In this document: positions 26,801 to 38,800 of the stretch, piece after piece
Position numbering within the stretch: the first letter of the stretch is position 1
Layout: each line of letters opens with the position of its first letter
Source of the DNA: Leptogorgia sarmentosa
Taxonomy: Eukaryota
Assembly (NCBI GenBank): GCA_964658305.1
Contig: OZ210885.1
Span: 12,896,001 to 12,960,000, forward strand
Length of the DNA stretch: 64,000 nucleotides
Reading direction: 5' to 3'
Position numbers and translations under genes: made by a program
The notes under the pieces: model-generated
Told to the model about the DNA's origin: nothing
Seen by the model: the letters and a program-made list of their open reading frames with translations, nothing else
Databases searched by the model: none

Positions 26801-29800
26801 TTTCCATCAACATATTGCTGTACTTCTAACTTTTTAGTGCCAAAATTAAAAGTTTACCCCAGAATGTAAGATATTTAACTGTAGAGAAGTTGCTGAAGGT
26901 TTAGAATTTACAACAACACTTTTATACATATATTATATAAATTATATGCAAACTTGTATGTTTTGTTTACCTTATACATCAAAAAATATACACATAACCA
27001 TGTTTAAATGTGTAAAAGTATTTTGAAATAATTAAACTAAATGAGGGGAGTCTAAACTCTGACTCTAAAACCAAACCTGAAAAGAATTGTTCAAAACAGT
27101 ACATGTCAAATTTGAATTTCATAGCAGTGAGCTAAAGAAATGCTTTTGTGGACTCCCAAAACCTATGATAAACACATATTATCTGTTACTGCAAGTGGTC
27201 AGAAACTCAGAGATAGTACATTGTTTACAAGTTAGATATCTAAAATTTAATATAAACTGTCATTAAAATCTAATCCATTCATGGCAAGGGAAAACAGTGT
27301 TACCAGTATGCTGTCTTGTATAACTATAAGGAAGGGCTGGATTTGTTTCTTTATGTCTTCATCAAGGGTTCAGCAACATTCTAAGATGAAAGGAAATTCA
27401 AGTATTTAAAAAAATAGGCATTTTCCATATTGAGCTGGAGTTCACCCATGATGTCCTACATGGGCACATATTTAGGGTCTTATCATAAGTATGTAGCTGG
27501 CATCGATTTTATTGATGTCAACACAAATGTGTTTATTACATTGCTAAAAGGAATAGAAGTGTTTTTGAACAAAATGACAATTTAATATCAAACTTAGACA
27601 CAGCTGTTTTTGAATTTCTTTCATGTCATGTACCATACCGGTATTAATAAATGCAAAGTGAGATGTTGAATATGATTTTGAAATTTCTGGTAGCAGTTGC
27701 AGGTCTTTGCCTGAACACCTTAGGCCAAAATATAGAGCCATGTAGGCTATATAAATATGTTGAAGCATGAAATAGTCACAGTTCAAATTTGGCCTGTCAG
27801 TGTCTTGTGTTAGAAACTATTGGTTGTCATTATTTTACAAACTCTCCACAAATACATGGCAAACTAATGAACTATAAACAGATTATTGATTTACCTGTGA
27901 CTCATTCAACCAGAAGTCAACAATGCATGTCCTTTATAGTTTATACTGGCACTGTATTTTGCATATTACATTGCCATACTATTATCACAAGGAAAAACCA
28001 GTTTCTTTCGCAAACCTTGAGCAGAAATAGTGTGTAAATACAAAAGAATACATAGCAGTATAAATATGGCTAAATCATAAACACCGTCTGCTAAAATTCA
28101 CCTGAATTTTGCGGTCATATTTGTCGTTGAATGTTCACATATAATGCCATAATTCTGGATGTAAATAAACGCTTTATTACTGCATAAATTCGTATAAAAT
28201 TTGAGCATTGAGAATGGATAACACTTACCCAACATAAGATTGTGTAGATACGACACAATTGGCACAATTTCTCCTTTTTTCCGTCGAAATTTCATCAAAA
28301 ATCGCATCCAAAATAGCGTTAAATTAAAAAATTTAAAAATGCCGCTCCTTAAAAATAATCCCTTAAATGGAGTTAGATTCACTAATCCCCCTTACGTGGT
28401 GTTATTTTTGAATACTGATTAGCCGGCGAATGCCTGTAACCCCTCAAAGGGTATTATTTTAACTCCAGTTATGGAGTTAAAAGAGCTGAAATTTGTAACC
28501 CCTCTATTACTCCTCTAGAATCCCTTCAAAGTGGTGTTAAAATAACACGTTGAAAATAACAGTGTGGCAATCATCAGGGGCCGGTTGTATAAAGCTCTTA
28601 ACTACTTTTTAACTAGCCTTTTTGTAGTTAAATAGTCGTTAACTTTAACCACGTAGTTAGACCGGTTGTATAACTAGGGATCCAAGGATAGTGCAAAGTT
28701 TCTAAGGCCTAGGTCGAACGTCGAACTTTTCATGCGCTGAACCTGGAAGGCACTAGATAGGATCGCCTTAAACCCCGCGAGCCAGCAATCACCTAATATT
28801 TTACCAGCGGTACTTCAGTGAACATTAAGCGCATTTCCCCGAGTGATTTCCGGAATATTCAGAATTGTTTCCGGTTTTCAAAGAATGATACTTTGTATAT
28901 TTCATTTCAATCTTTTTTCCTTTGGATGCAGTAAATATTTACGCAAACGAGGACAAGTTAACTCGATAGGTTTTATTTTAACACGCACACACTTTTATAC
29001 TTTAAATAAAAGCAGAAACAGGGTATAGGATCCTATCGTGTCCTCCGACAAAGATCGACCTAAACCCCATGAGCCATCAGTCACTTGATATTTTACCAGT
29101 GGTTAATGACACAGATGTTTTCCGGTTGCTGCGCTTCCGGTTTAAATATAAACAAAATCAAATTCGCGCGAAATTTAAATTTAAAATGGCGGGTTTCACA
29201 TCAAACGATCCTTGGACATTTTACAGTGCAATTCGATTCTTTTTCTGGATATGTTAATGACGAGGTTACTGCATACGAGCTAATTAAAGCGTATGAAATT
29301 GCCACTACCAGTCGCTTTACTGTATTCAAGCAAACAGCAGGGTTTAGTGATACAAAGGGCAAGGAAAATCGTGACTAACACCGGGTGCGTTGGCAAGACC
29401 CAGACGAGACTACAGGGTACAAGCTCGAGTTTGACGGAATCCCTTTTGAAATTGCTGGAATGAAAATCCTAGATTGCCAAAATGGGCCCGATAAAAATTA
29501 AGCGAAGAAGAAGAAAGAAGCTTTGAGGAAGACCGAAAAAACCGTAAGCAATACACCAGTGTATTAGTATCTATATATATATATAAACAGTGATCCATCA
29601 TATAGACATCATATAGAAATAATCAAGGACAAATAGCACGTAAGAGTGGCTTTTGTTGACTTTAATTTTTCAATAACTGGTGTTTTATGCCTGTTTTGGA
29701 AATAAATTTGGAAACTGTAAGTATAAATAACAGAATTATGTTCTTGTTAGGATGGAGTTGATCACCCCTATCATCCTAAACGACGTTTTATGGTACAAGA

Positions 29801-32800
29801 TACGAAAAGATGTGGCTGTCCTGCCAGAATTCACATGAGGAAAATAATTAAGTTTCCGGATTATAAGGTATTAAAGTGTAACCGTAGCTATAGGTGTAAC
29901 ATAATGAAGTTGATGTTCAGGAAAATCATACATTGCCAATATACGCATATAATTAAAAACCCTAACATTTCTTTTCCTGAGGCTGAACTCACCGGGTTGT
30001 ACACATAAGTGCTTATGCCGGCCTTATATCTATAAAAAGCAATTCCTTGTTTTATTGCAATAAATTGCATCTCGCCGCGAATTTCCAATAAGTCCCAGTA
30101 AGGTGTAAGCTGGATATTGACATATCAGGTGAAAAATGTCCATTTCTGAATTACTTTTTCAGATTACAGAGGATACCAAAAAGAGAAGAGAGAACACGTC
30201 AAAGGCCTTGCGGGATGCTCGGTCCGCTGGAGATGGAAAAGTTGTTACGGAGAAGCATATATATATCACTCTCCCTAAGATCGAGGACCATTCGTTTCAC
30301 CTCACAGGAAAAGTAAGTAACTGTTTGGCTTGCATTGTATATCTGTACAATGTGTATATTATACATAATCACACAGACTGCCAAATTAATTTTTAAATAA
30401 TTTTTATATTATTTTATAGATCTCCGGACTTCTTCAACCCATTGATGAGAGACTGGTGAAAAAAATACAGGAGTTGGTGTCAAGCGGAGTAAACCGCGTC
30501 TCCGAGATGCAACGTCACCTGCAATATTATGTGAGGAAGGAAATCTTCGCCGGCAAAAAACCACCAGAGGTGACAAACAGGCGTTTCTTCCCTACTAGCG
30601 TAGATGTGAGAAATCACATGTATAGAGCAACAATACAGCATAGACACTCAAACATTGATCAGGAAAACCTAGAATTTAAAATTAAAGAATGGGAAAAAGA
30701 AAGTCCAGATGACAAATACTTTTTCAGACCGTTTACTCATACAAACACCACTGGGGATGATGGTGCCGGAAATTGTGATGATGAGGAAAATTATAGCCAC
30801 GACTATAATGACATCGTTGAAATAAAACAACAGGAGCAATCAAAAAATATTCTTCTGGTTCACCAAACACAATGGCAGAGGAAACTCCTTGAAAAGTACG
30901 GTGGTGATATTTGCCTGCTTGACGCAACGTATAAAACGTCTCGGTATGCCCTTCCTATGTTCTTCATGTGCGTCAAAACCAACGTCGATTACTGCGTTGT
31001 TGCTTCCTTTGTGATCCAACAGGAGAATGCTGATTCGATTTGGGAAGCTTTGCACATCTTGCGAGATTGGAACCCAACTTGGAGTCCTGATTTTTTCATG
31101 GTCGATTTCTGTGAAGCCGAAATAAATGCCATTGAAAGACTTTTTCCAGGTAAGGGTAGCCTGCAGATTAATAGAATATACAGTACAATATTGCATAGTA
31201 TGATATATTTAACAATAGAGTGAAGCCATGACAATACGCAATGTTTCTATTTTCTAGACTGTCTTGTCTACCTGTGTGACTTCCATCGTGAACAGGCCTG
31301 GGTTAGATGGGTGAACAAAGGCAAACATGGTGTGAACAAGGAACAGAAAGATAAGCTCCTTAGCATATTACGTGCTCTGGCCAAAGCTCCAAATGAAAAA
31401 GACTTTCAAACCATCCTGACCAATCTGCAAAGTGATGAGTTATGGAAAGCAAACAAATTACTCCAAGACTGGATGAATACAACCTGGCTTCCTGAAAAAA
31501 AAGTGAGTACATTTTAGACTGGAATGGCAAAATATATACTAACAACACACATATTACAAAAAGAATTAAATGTAAATAAGGTTTTCTTGTTTTAGTATAT
31601 TGGCGAAAGTAAGGTATAAGCATATTCAATAATAACACAGGCAAAGTAGGTTCTTGGGCAGATTAATGACTGTAGTCGTCAAAGTGCAAAAAAAACTTTG
31701 CTAATCTTCAATGGGTCGGCCAAAGCCCACAGGGTGGCTGAATTGGTGCAGTCAGATGCACATTTATCTTCATCTCTGTGATGTTTTCTTTCTATTTACT
31801 ATTTAGCGCTGGGTTTGGGCATACAGAAAAGACCGTTTTAATGTGAAGGTGAATACCAACAATGGCGTGGAGAGACAAAATCGGTCATTCAAGTACCAGT
31901 TTCTTGCGGACAACAGAGATAAGACTTTAAGTGGCCTGATAAGTGTTATGGTTACACAGTTCCTTCCCAATATCTACAAAAAGTAAGCAAAATTTAAAAT
32001 CTTAAGCAATTGCTTTAAGTTTTTTATAGTGGTGGTAAGCTGTTCCGAAGTATGAAGAAATCGTGTAAGTTGAACAGGACGTCTCTTCCATCTACAATAT
32101 GCAGATCTAATAAGGCCCCCAAATTTTCCAAGAAAATGTGGGCGGGGGCGGATATTTTCCCCAGAAAAAGGACTTTTTTCTGGACAAAACGGGGATACAA
32201 AAGGCTTTTTGTCTGTGCTAAATTTTATAAATTTACATGCATTTTTCAGAACAAGACCCTCCGGGTTAGACGTGCATATCTTTATTTTATATCTCTATTT
32301 TTCCAATTAGATATATTGAAAGCAACATCCGTTATGCAAGTGCCTATCGCCAGTACAATCAATCCCTTCCAAAGTGGTTGCACAATCGACCAAGACAGTT
32401 TGTTACCCATTGCCAGAAACGCCTATCGCAAGCTGAGAGAACGACTAAATCTAGCATTACAAATGAAGGCCATGGTGAATTCATTGTTGAAAGCCAGAGC
32501 ATCAGTGGCAAATCGTACAGTGTCCAATTTGGTGATATCACTACCATGCCATCCTGCAGTTGCTTTGACTGGGAAAAACACCACTGGCCTTGTAAACATT
32601 TTTTGGCCATCTACAACCATTTTCCTGAATGGGGATGGGGAAAAATGTCTCCCTCCTATACGTCTAGCCCGTACTTCAAGATAGACTCTTCAGTCATTCC
32701 AGTTTACTCAGAAACTGGTGCAAAGGGAAGCGACACACAGTTACAGTCCCCCAATAGCACGTGCAGTTCGGAAAATGTACCATCTGTGAACAAGAGTTAC

Positions 32801-35800
32801 ACAGTCCCAGATGAAGCAAACGTCCTCGAAAAAGATGACGAGGAAGACGACTTAAAGCCCGTTGTAAATACACAACAGGAGGGAAGATGTTGCAGGGAGA
32901 TTTTGAAAGAAATGCAAAATCTTACTTATCTTTGTCCTGATGGAAGTTCTTTGTTGGACCTGAAACAAGATCTTCAAAAACTGCTGACCAACTTCAAGCA
33001 ACGTATACCATCAGAAAATGGTATTTTGTTGGAGGGATCAAAACCCCCCAAAAAATCAAAGAAACTATCCAAAATAAAAAAACAGAAAACCAAGAAAAAA
33101 AAGGACTATGCCAAACTTCCCCTACGTCTGAAACTAAAACGGAAAAATAATGATTCAGTAGATGTTTCCTCTCCAAAGAAGAAACAAAAGAAAGTGATTA
33201 CTTTACTAGAGCAAGATATCAGTGACGTGCTGGAGAAAGGGCACAGCATGCTACCAAATGACATACAATTGGAGGAAGAAATAGTGGTACAGTCAGCCTT
33301 CACCTCAAATCACGTGAACGCCAATGTACAGGATTCCATTGGTAATTTTAAAGAAACACAAGATACTCTCGTTGAAAACGTGCGGTGTTTGCCAAATGCC
33401 CCAGAAAGTAGCACCACGCCACAATGCCAAGAGCTGCCACAAAAATGCTTCATTTTGGTTGATGAAACCTCGCCAGATCCAGTAACATGGTTAACCATAA
33501 ATAACCCTAATTGTTCTAATGCAAAGGTCACTCTATATCAAGCTTCTAAAAAGAACATTTTAGATAAGAAAGGATGGCTAACTGACTCGGAAATACATGC
33601 TGGGCAAGTGCTCCTCAATATGCAATTCCCCTTGGTGGATGGCCTTTGTGATCCTGCTGTTCAAGGTGACTTAGTAACACCAGCAATCAGTGAATTTGTC
33701 CAAATTATTAATACCGGCGCCCATTGGATTTGCATGAGTACGATATCATCTGGTCCTGGGACTGTCAAACTTTATGATACCCTGTACAACAGAGCAAACT
33801 CAGTCGCGATACACCATGCTTGTCACATGCTCATGTACAATGGGGATAAGATATCATTTGTAAATGAGAGAGTCCAAAGGCAAACCAATTCTAATGACTG
33901 TGGCCTCTTTTCACTTGACATTGCAACAGATCTATGCAATGGTACTGATCCAACTACACAGTCCTATGATCAAGGAAGTTTGCGTAAGCACTACATCAAC
34001 TGCTTGGAGACTGGGAAAATGATCCCCTTTCCGAAGACGACCCGACGAGTACAGCGTTATCTAGGCTCCACACGAACGACAGTGGCAATCTACTGTATCT
34101 GTCGGATGCCAAATGACAAAAGAGAATATGTCCAATGCTCCCAGTGCAATGCTTGGTATCACCCTTTGTGTGTGAACATTCCAGAGTGGGCTCTCAAGAC
34201 TAAACGTCAGTGGAGGTGTGAGAAATGCAGAAGCAAGCAAGTTAAAAAACCATACCTTCATTAATAGTTTGTAACTTTCTAAAAACCACAATTAATGAGT
34301 GCCCCCAAAAATGTCTGCCTCTCCTCCCACTTTGCTTTGTGGTATTACAATGTTATTTAGGTACTGTATGATACTGGATATGATTTACTATCCTATTGTT
34401 TTAATAAGTTTCTTCTTTGGACTATCAAAATGACCACATCTTTGCATAACCTTGCCAAGTTGAAATATTGGCAACACCATGTATAAGTCCCCCCCCCCCC
34501 TTCCGTGTATAAGCTTCCCTTGTATATATAAAAGCCCATCAAAAAAGGAGTACGAACTTATATAAGCCCAGGGCTTATAATCGGAGGGTTACGGTATAGT
34601 ATATAAAACGGTATAAATAGTATAAACTAATCATAAAGCATGTATTAAATTAAAATAGACTACAGTACTTGGTATAAAAATTAAATTTAGAAAAATTGTA
34701 TATTAATAACGATTTCTGCTTTTATTTAAAGTATAAAAGTGTGTGCGTGTTAAAATAAAACCTACCGAGTTAACTTGTCCTCGTTTGCGTAAATATTTAC
34801 TGCATCCAAAGGAAAAAAGATTGAAATGAAATATACAAAGTATCATTCTTTGAAAACCGGAAACAATTCTGCATATTCCGGAAATCACTCGGGGAAATGC
34901 GCTTAATGTTCACTGAAGTACCGCTGGTAAAATATTAGGTGATTGCTGGCTCGCGGGGTTAAGGCGATCCTATCTAGTGCCTTCCGCTGAACCTAATGCA
35001 AATGAGCTCAAACAAAGAACTTGGCTCATTAACATTAGGTTCGGCACATGAAAAGTTCGACGTTTGACCTAGGCCTTAGAGGACATTAAAATCATATTTT
35101 TCAAGAGAAAACTAAGGAAACATTGTTGACGTGATACGAGAAAATAATCACTATTATTTCAAATAATTTCACAGAGAAATTCTGAACTGATATTTGATTG
35201 ATGCTGATATTTTTCTTGGTAGACATCTCTAACGGGCAACAACAATGCGAATAACAATGCTAGCTTTGGTAAAGAGAAATGCAGGCCATATTCACAGTGT
35301 TTCTGTGTGAACATGTTCACATAACATCTCTCTGTGCAAAAATTGAGTTGCAAATTGCAGCAAAAATTGCCTCGTGTAACAGCACCTAAAATGAATTAGC
35401 TGGAAAAACTAGAATTACTTAGCTACTGGAATTGAAAACACGATATTCACAGCTTTAAGTAACTATTATCCACAGCTTTTCAAAAAGCATTGGGGAGTGC
35501 GGACCATTACCCTCCTTCCAAGGATCCGCCACTGATATCTAAGTCAGGTTTAATAGTTTACTAGCTGTAAAGGTGCCAAAGGCATAAATTCTAACGCACG
35601 AACCCCACGCACAGTTACCTAGGTGATTAGTTAACTGTCCGATTAACTGCGTTTTGTGCAACGCAGTTAAGTCATGTAGTTAGCTAATCGTAGTTAAGGA
35701 TTTAACCACGCTAGTTAACGGTAACTATAGTTAACTTTAACTACGTTTTTATACAACCGGCCCCAGGCGATTAAATATGATTACGTGATGAGTGAGTTTA

Positions 35801-38800
35801 AAAAGTTAAGCGCGCGCAGATCGAGTTATGGATTGCGCGCGCCTAAATTTTCCTGCACAAAATTTCTCGCGGTGGCGGCACTTCGCGAAGATTTCCGATC
35901 GCTTGTTCAACAATTTGGTTGCATTACCTTGCATCAGGCACAACTTCTCCTCGATACAGAGATTGCATCGCTTTCTTCCAGGTAAAAAGGCAGGTGCACG
36001 CTTCAATATGGACCACGAAACTGAGTAATCTTTTTTGTTTTTCTTTAATTTCCATATATACTTCGACAATTCCGTTTCCTTTTCATATTTTTCATTGTTG
36101 AATGACTTCTTGTGGTTATTGAATCTTTCCTTGAACGAATATGCCGTCATTCCGATGTATTCTTTCCTATAACAAGTTGAAACTTCGGCTTTATAAACGA
36201 TGCTAGCGGATAAACAATTTCTGTTCATTGGGCACTAGGAGGGTTTTCTACAGTTACAATTATTCTGGTTTGGTGTTGTTTTGGATTTTGATAGTATTTT
36301 GTGGTTGTGTTGAGATATAATGCTCTTCATGTTGGGCATACAGCTGTAACTAACTTTTACCGTATTACGATTGAACAGCTTGTGTAGAGGATTTGCGGTT
36401 GGGAAGTGCTTGTCGAGGAGTTGTAAGAAGCTTCGTGCGATGTTTGTTTTTACAGATTTACTGAACGGTGGATTATACCAGATGATATTCCTTTGGCGTC
36501 TGCGTTTCGTGGTGGATGATATTGTTGTGGGGTTACAATTGGAGTATTCCAAAGAAACGTTGTAATTACTGTGTGTAAGTGCGTGTTCGTAAAATGGTTT
36601 ACATGAATCGAAGGATTGCTGGTCGGATGAGAGTGAGGAGAGTCGCTGGACTGATTTTGGGATTTGTCTTATTACGGAGGGAGGGTGGTTTGATTTGCTG
36701 TTTTACGTATAATGGATTGTTGTTTGCTTTTCTGAAAGGAGCGAAACTACCGTTGTTTAAATTTAATGTGATATCCAAGAAGTTAACTAGTTGGGGGTTG
36801 ACTTGTGCTGTAATTTTTAAGCCGATTTGTTGAAAAACATCATGCAGCATCTTTCTAGTGATATCAGCGTTACGTCCGATTGTGCCTTTTATCAAAGCTA
36901 GACCATCGTCTCGGTACAGACCAACATATTCGTTACCAAGCTTTTCTGAAAGCTTATCTAAGATGAATAGAACAACCAATTCGCATATCTCCGCTCCGTC
37001 ATAGCTCCCCATAGTTACGTCGAACATCGATTCGGTACATCGTTTAATCCAAGGTGTATTTCCGCTAAACAGGAGGGACTTGCGTGCATGTTTAATGATG
37101 GATATCTCCTCGTCTGGTATGTGTTAAAGATTTTGTTAAAGTTAATGTTATTCATATATACAGGGTGTCTCAAAAAAAAGGTAATCCAACTTTGGCATGC
37201 CATTGTGCGTTAATTACTGGGTGTACGAATGTGATTTTTGCATCGTCATAAAGATCGAGGTCTTAGCAGTTCAATGACATATTTGTTGTACGATATGGAA
37301 GAAAATCAGGCAAATGCGAGCGTGTTGAAAAATCTCGGTGAAAAACGCATTCTTTCACCTCTGAGAATTGCAGCTAAACTTATTCAAAATTAACTCCCTC
37401 TGGGACTCGAAGATGACGACCTTCCCTTCAACAATCGACCTGATTATGCATAATTATTAATAATCCTGATAAAATCTTTGTTACCATGACGCATTCGTGA
37501 TGAATTGCATTTTTCTTTTGTTATGCACTGCTTTAATTAGGCACAGAGGTCCACCTCAAACATACATTGGTCTGACTGAAAACTCTTTTAAAACCGGATA
37601 TTACAACCACAAAATGTCATTTACTTCGTACGAGAAAAGTAACTCTACAGAACTTAGTAAATATGTCTGGCAATTAAAGCGCAAAGGAATCGAATTCCAC
37701 ATTAAATGGCAAACCTTGAAACGAGCCAAACCCTACAGCCCTGCTTCTAGTCTCAGGTTGGAGGTAGTCACTCAACAACGACATTCTTTCTTGCTGCTGT
37801 ATTGATGGACGACTACTGTACGATTCGATTGACTGGTCAGTGATGGATTTGATGTGACGAGTTTCGACGTGGGCTTCAGAAAGGCCCGTTACTTAGGTAG
37901 CTCTTGTGCAGTGGTTGGTAAGAGGCAGATGGATGCCTGCTCTTGTCGTCATTTCACGAAGCATGTTGCCCAAGGTAGATTCACCGACTGGCGAATTGCA
38001 ATACCAGACAATTTGGCGATTTCCGTGCACCTGCCGGATCTTGGGTCTTTGAAACAGGGCCTCGCAGTTTGGATTTAAATGTTCCAAGTAATTTTGAATG
38101 GTTTTGACAGGACAAATCCTCGAATCTGGTTTGGCAAATATTTTCCGTCGGATTCGTCTTCTACGTCTGTCAGTCCGGCTTGGTGGTTTTTCGTCGAGGG
38201 AACTGAACCCGCTGCTTCCCTGTTGAGCTCAATATACTGCTTTCCTTCGGCCGTGGATCTTAAAACGAGCATGGTTGGTTTTAGTTGCCGTTGGTTTTCT
38301 CTTCCTCGTCTTCCCAGGTAAAAACCAAGTTAAAACCAAACGGTACGGAGAAGTTGTGCTGCGTCGCAGTTCTGTCAGCTGGGCCCAGTTCGCCATTGTT
38401 AAACAACAACAGCAGGTTTCAGACAAAAAGTGGCCTCAAGGGGAAAAGAGGGAAATGTATGGATTTCAAGATATTGGACTCTGTTCCGTCCTGAGACATT
38501 CTAAAATAATATCAATGATCAATGGTGCTTTATTTCGAGATGTATAAAAATTTGTTGTAAGTTTGAACATCCAGAAAGTTGCAATAGAGAAATATTTTGA
38601 AGTAATGAAAAGACAGTCTTACAAAACGTAAACAGTGAATAGATTGAATGCGGAGACCTTAGACATTGTGTTTCAGCATATTTTTGTTTGTCGCGGCTTC
38701 TTTGTTTTTTTTCAGTATTTACGTTTTCTCAGGAATCTTTTACCGTAGTAGTGTTGTAGCAATAGTTCTTGTCTTTGTTGCTGCGTTTTCGAAAGCCTTC

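Larger units (their letters stand above)
28706..35075. mobile_element. Small MITE (same family as 12054-12177) split by the MULE
   Basis: GGCCTAGGTC(G/A)AACGTCGAACTTTTCATG termini; 28706-28744 plus 34995-35075 matches the 12054 copy. Confidence 0.85.
28578..35763. mobile_element. Harbinger-like MITE hosting further nested insertions
   Basis: TIR GGGCCGGTTGTATAAA, 3-bp TSD CAG (28575-28577, 35764-35766), and subterminal TAGTTA/TAACTA repeats. Confidence 0.82.
26148..35771 (-). ncRNA. Type I hammerhead ribozyme of the Penelope element, split in three (26148-26180, 28567-28577, 35767-35771)
   Basis: Removing two insertions and one TSD copy each gives AUCGC CUGAUGA U UGCCAG agaua CUGGCA U GAAA CUUUAAG UA GCGAU, which has stem I, the conserved core, a 6-bp stem II and a GUA cleavage triplet. 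Confidence 0.8.
26045..37150 (-). mobile_element. Penelope-like retroelement, 5'-truncated, with its 3' end interrupted by about 9.6 kb of nested transposons
   Basis: RT FDVTMGSYDGAEICELV/YRDDGL (36599-37027), RNIIWYNPPFS (36235-36552) and GIY-YIG IVYKA..EYIGMT..FKERFNNH..CNLCIEEK (35806-36228). The 3' UTR continues at 28567-28577 and about 26045-26180. Confidence 0.88.

Noticed and set aside
26453..28422. Short ORFs inside the CACTA-like element
   Set aside because: AT-rich, with no recognisable transposase or domain motifs.
33540..34264. Host SENP or PHD-finger gene
   Set aside because: It lies inside MULE TIRs and a 9-bp TSD, in frame with the SWIM/transposase exon.
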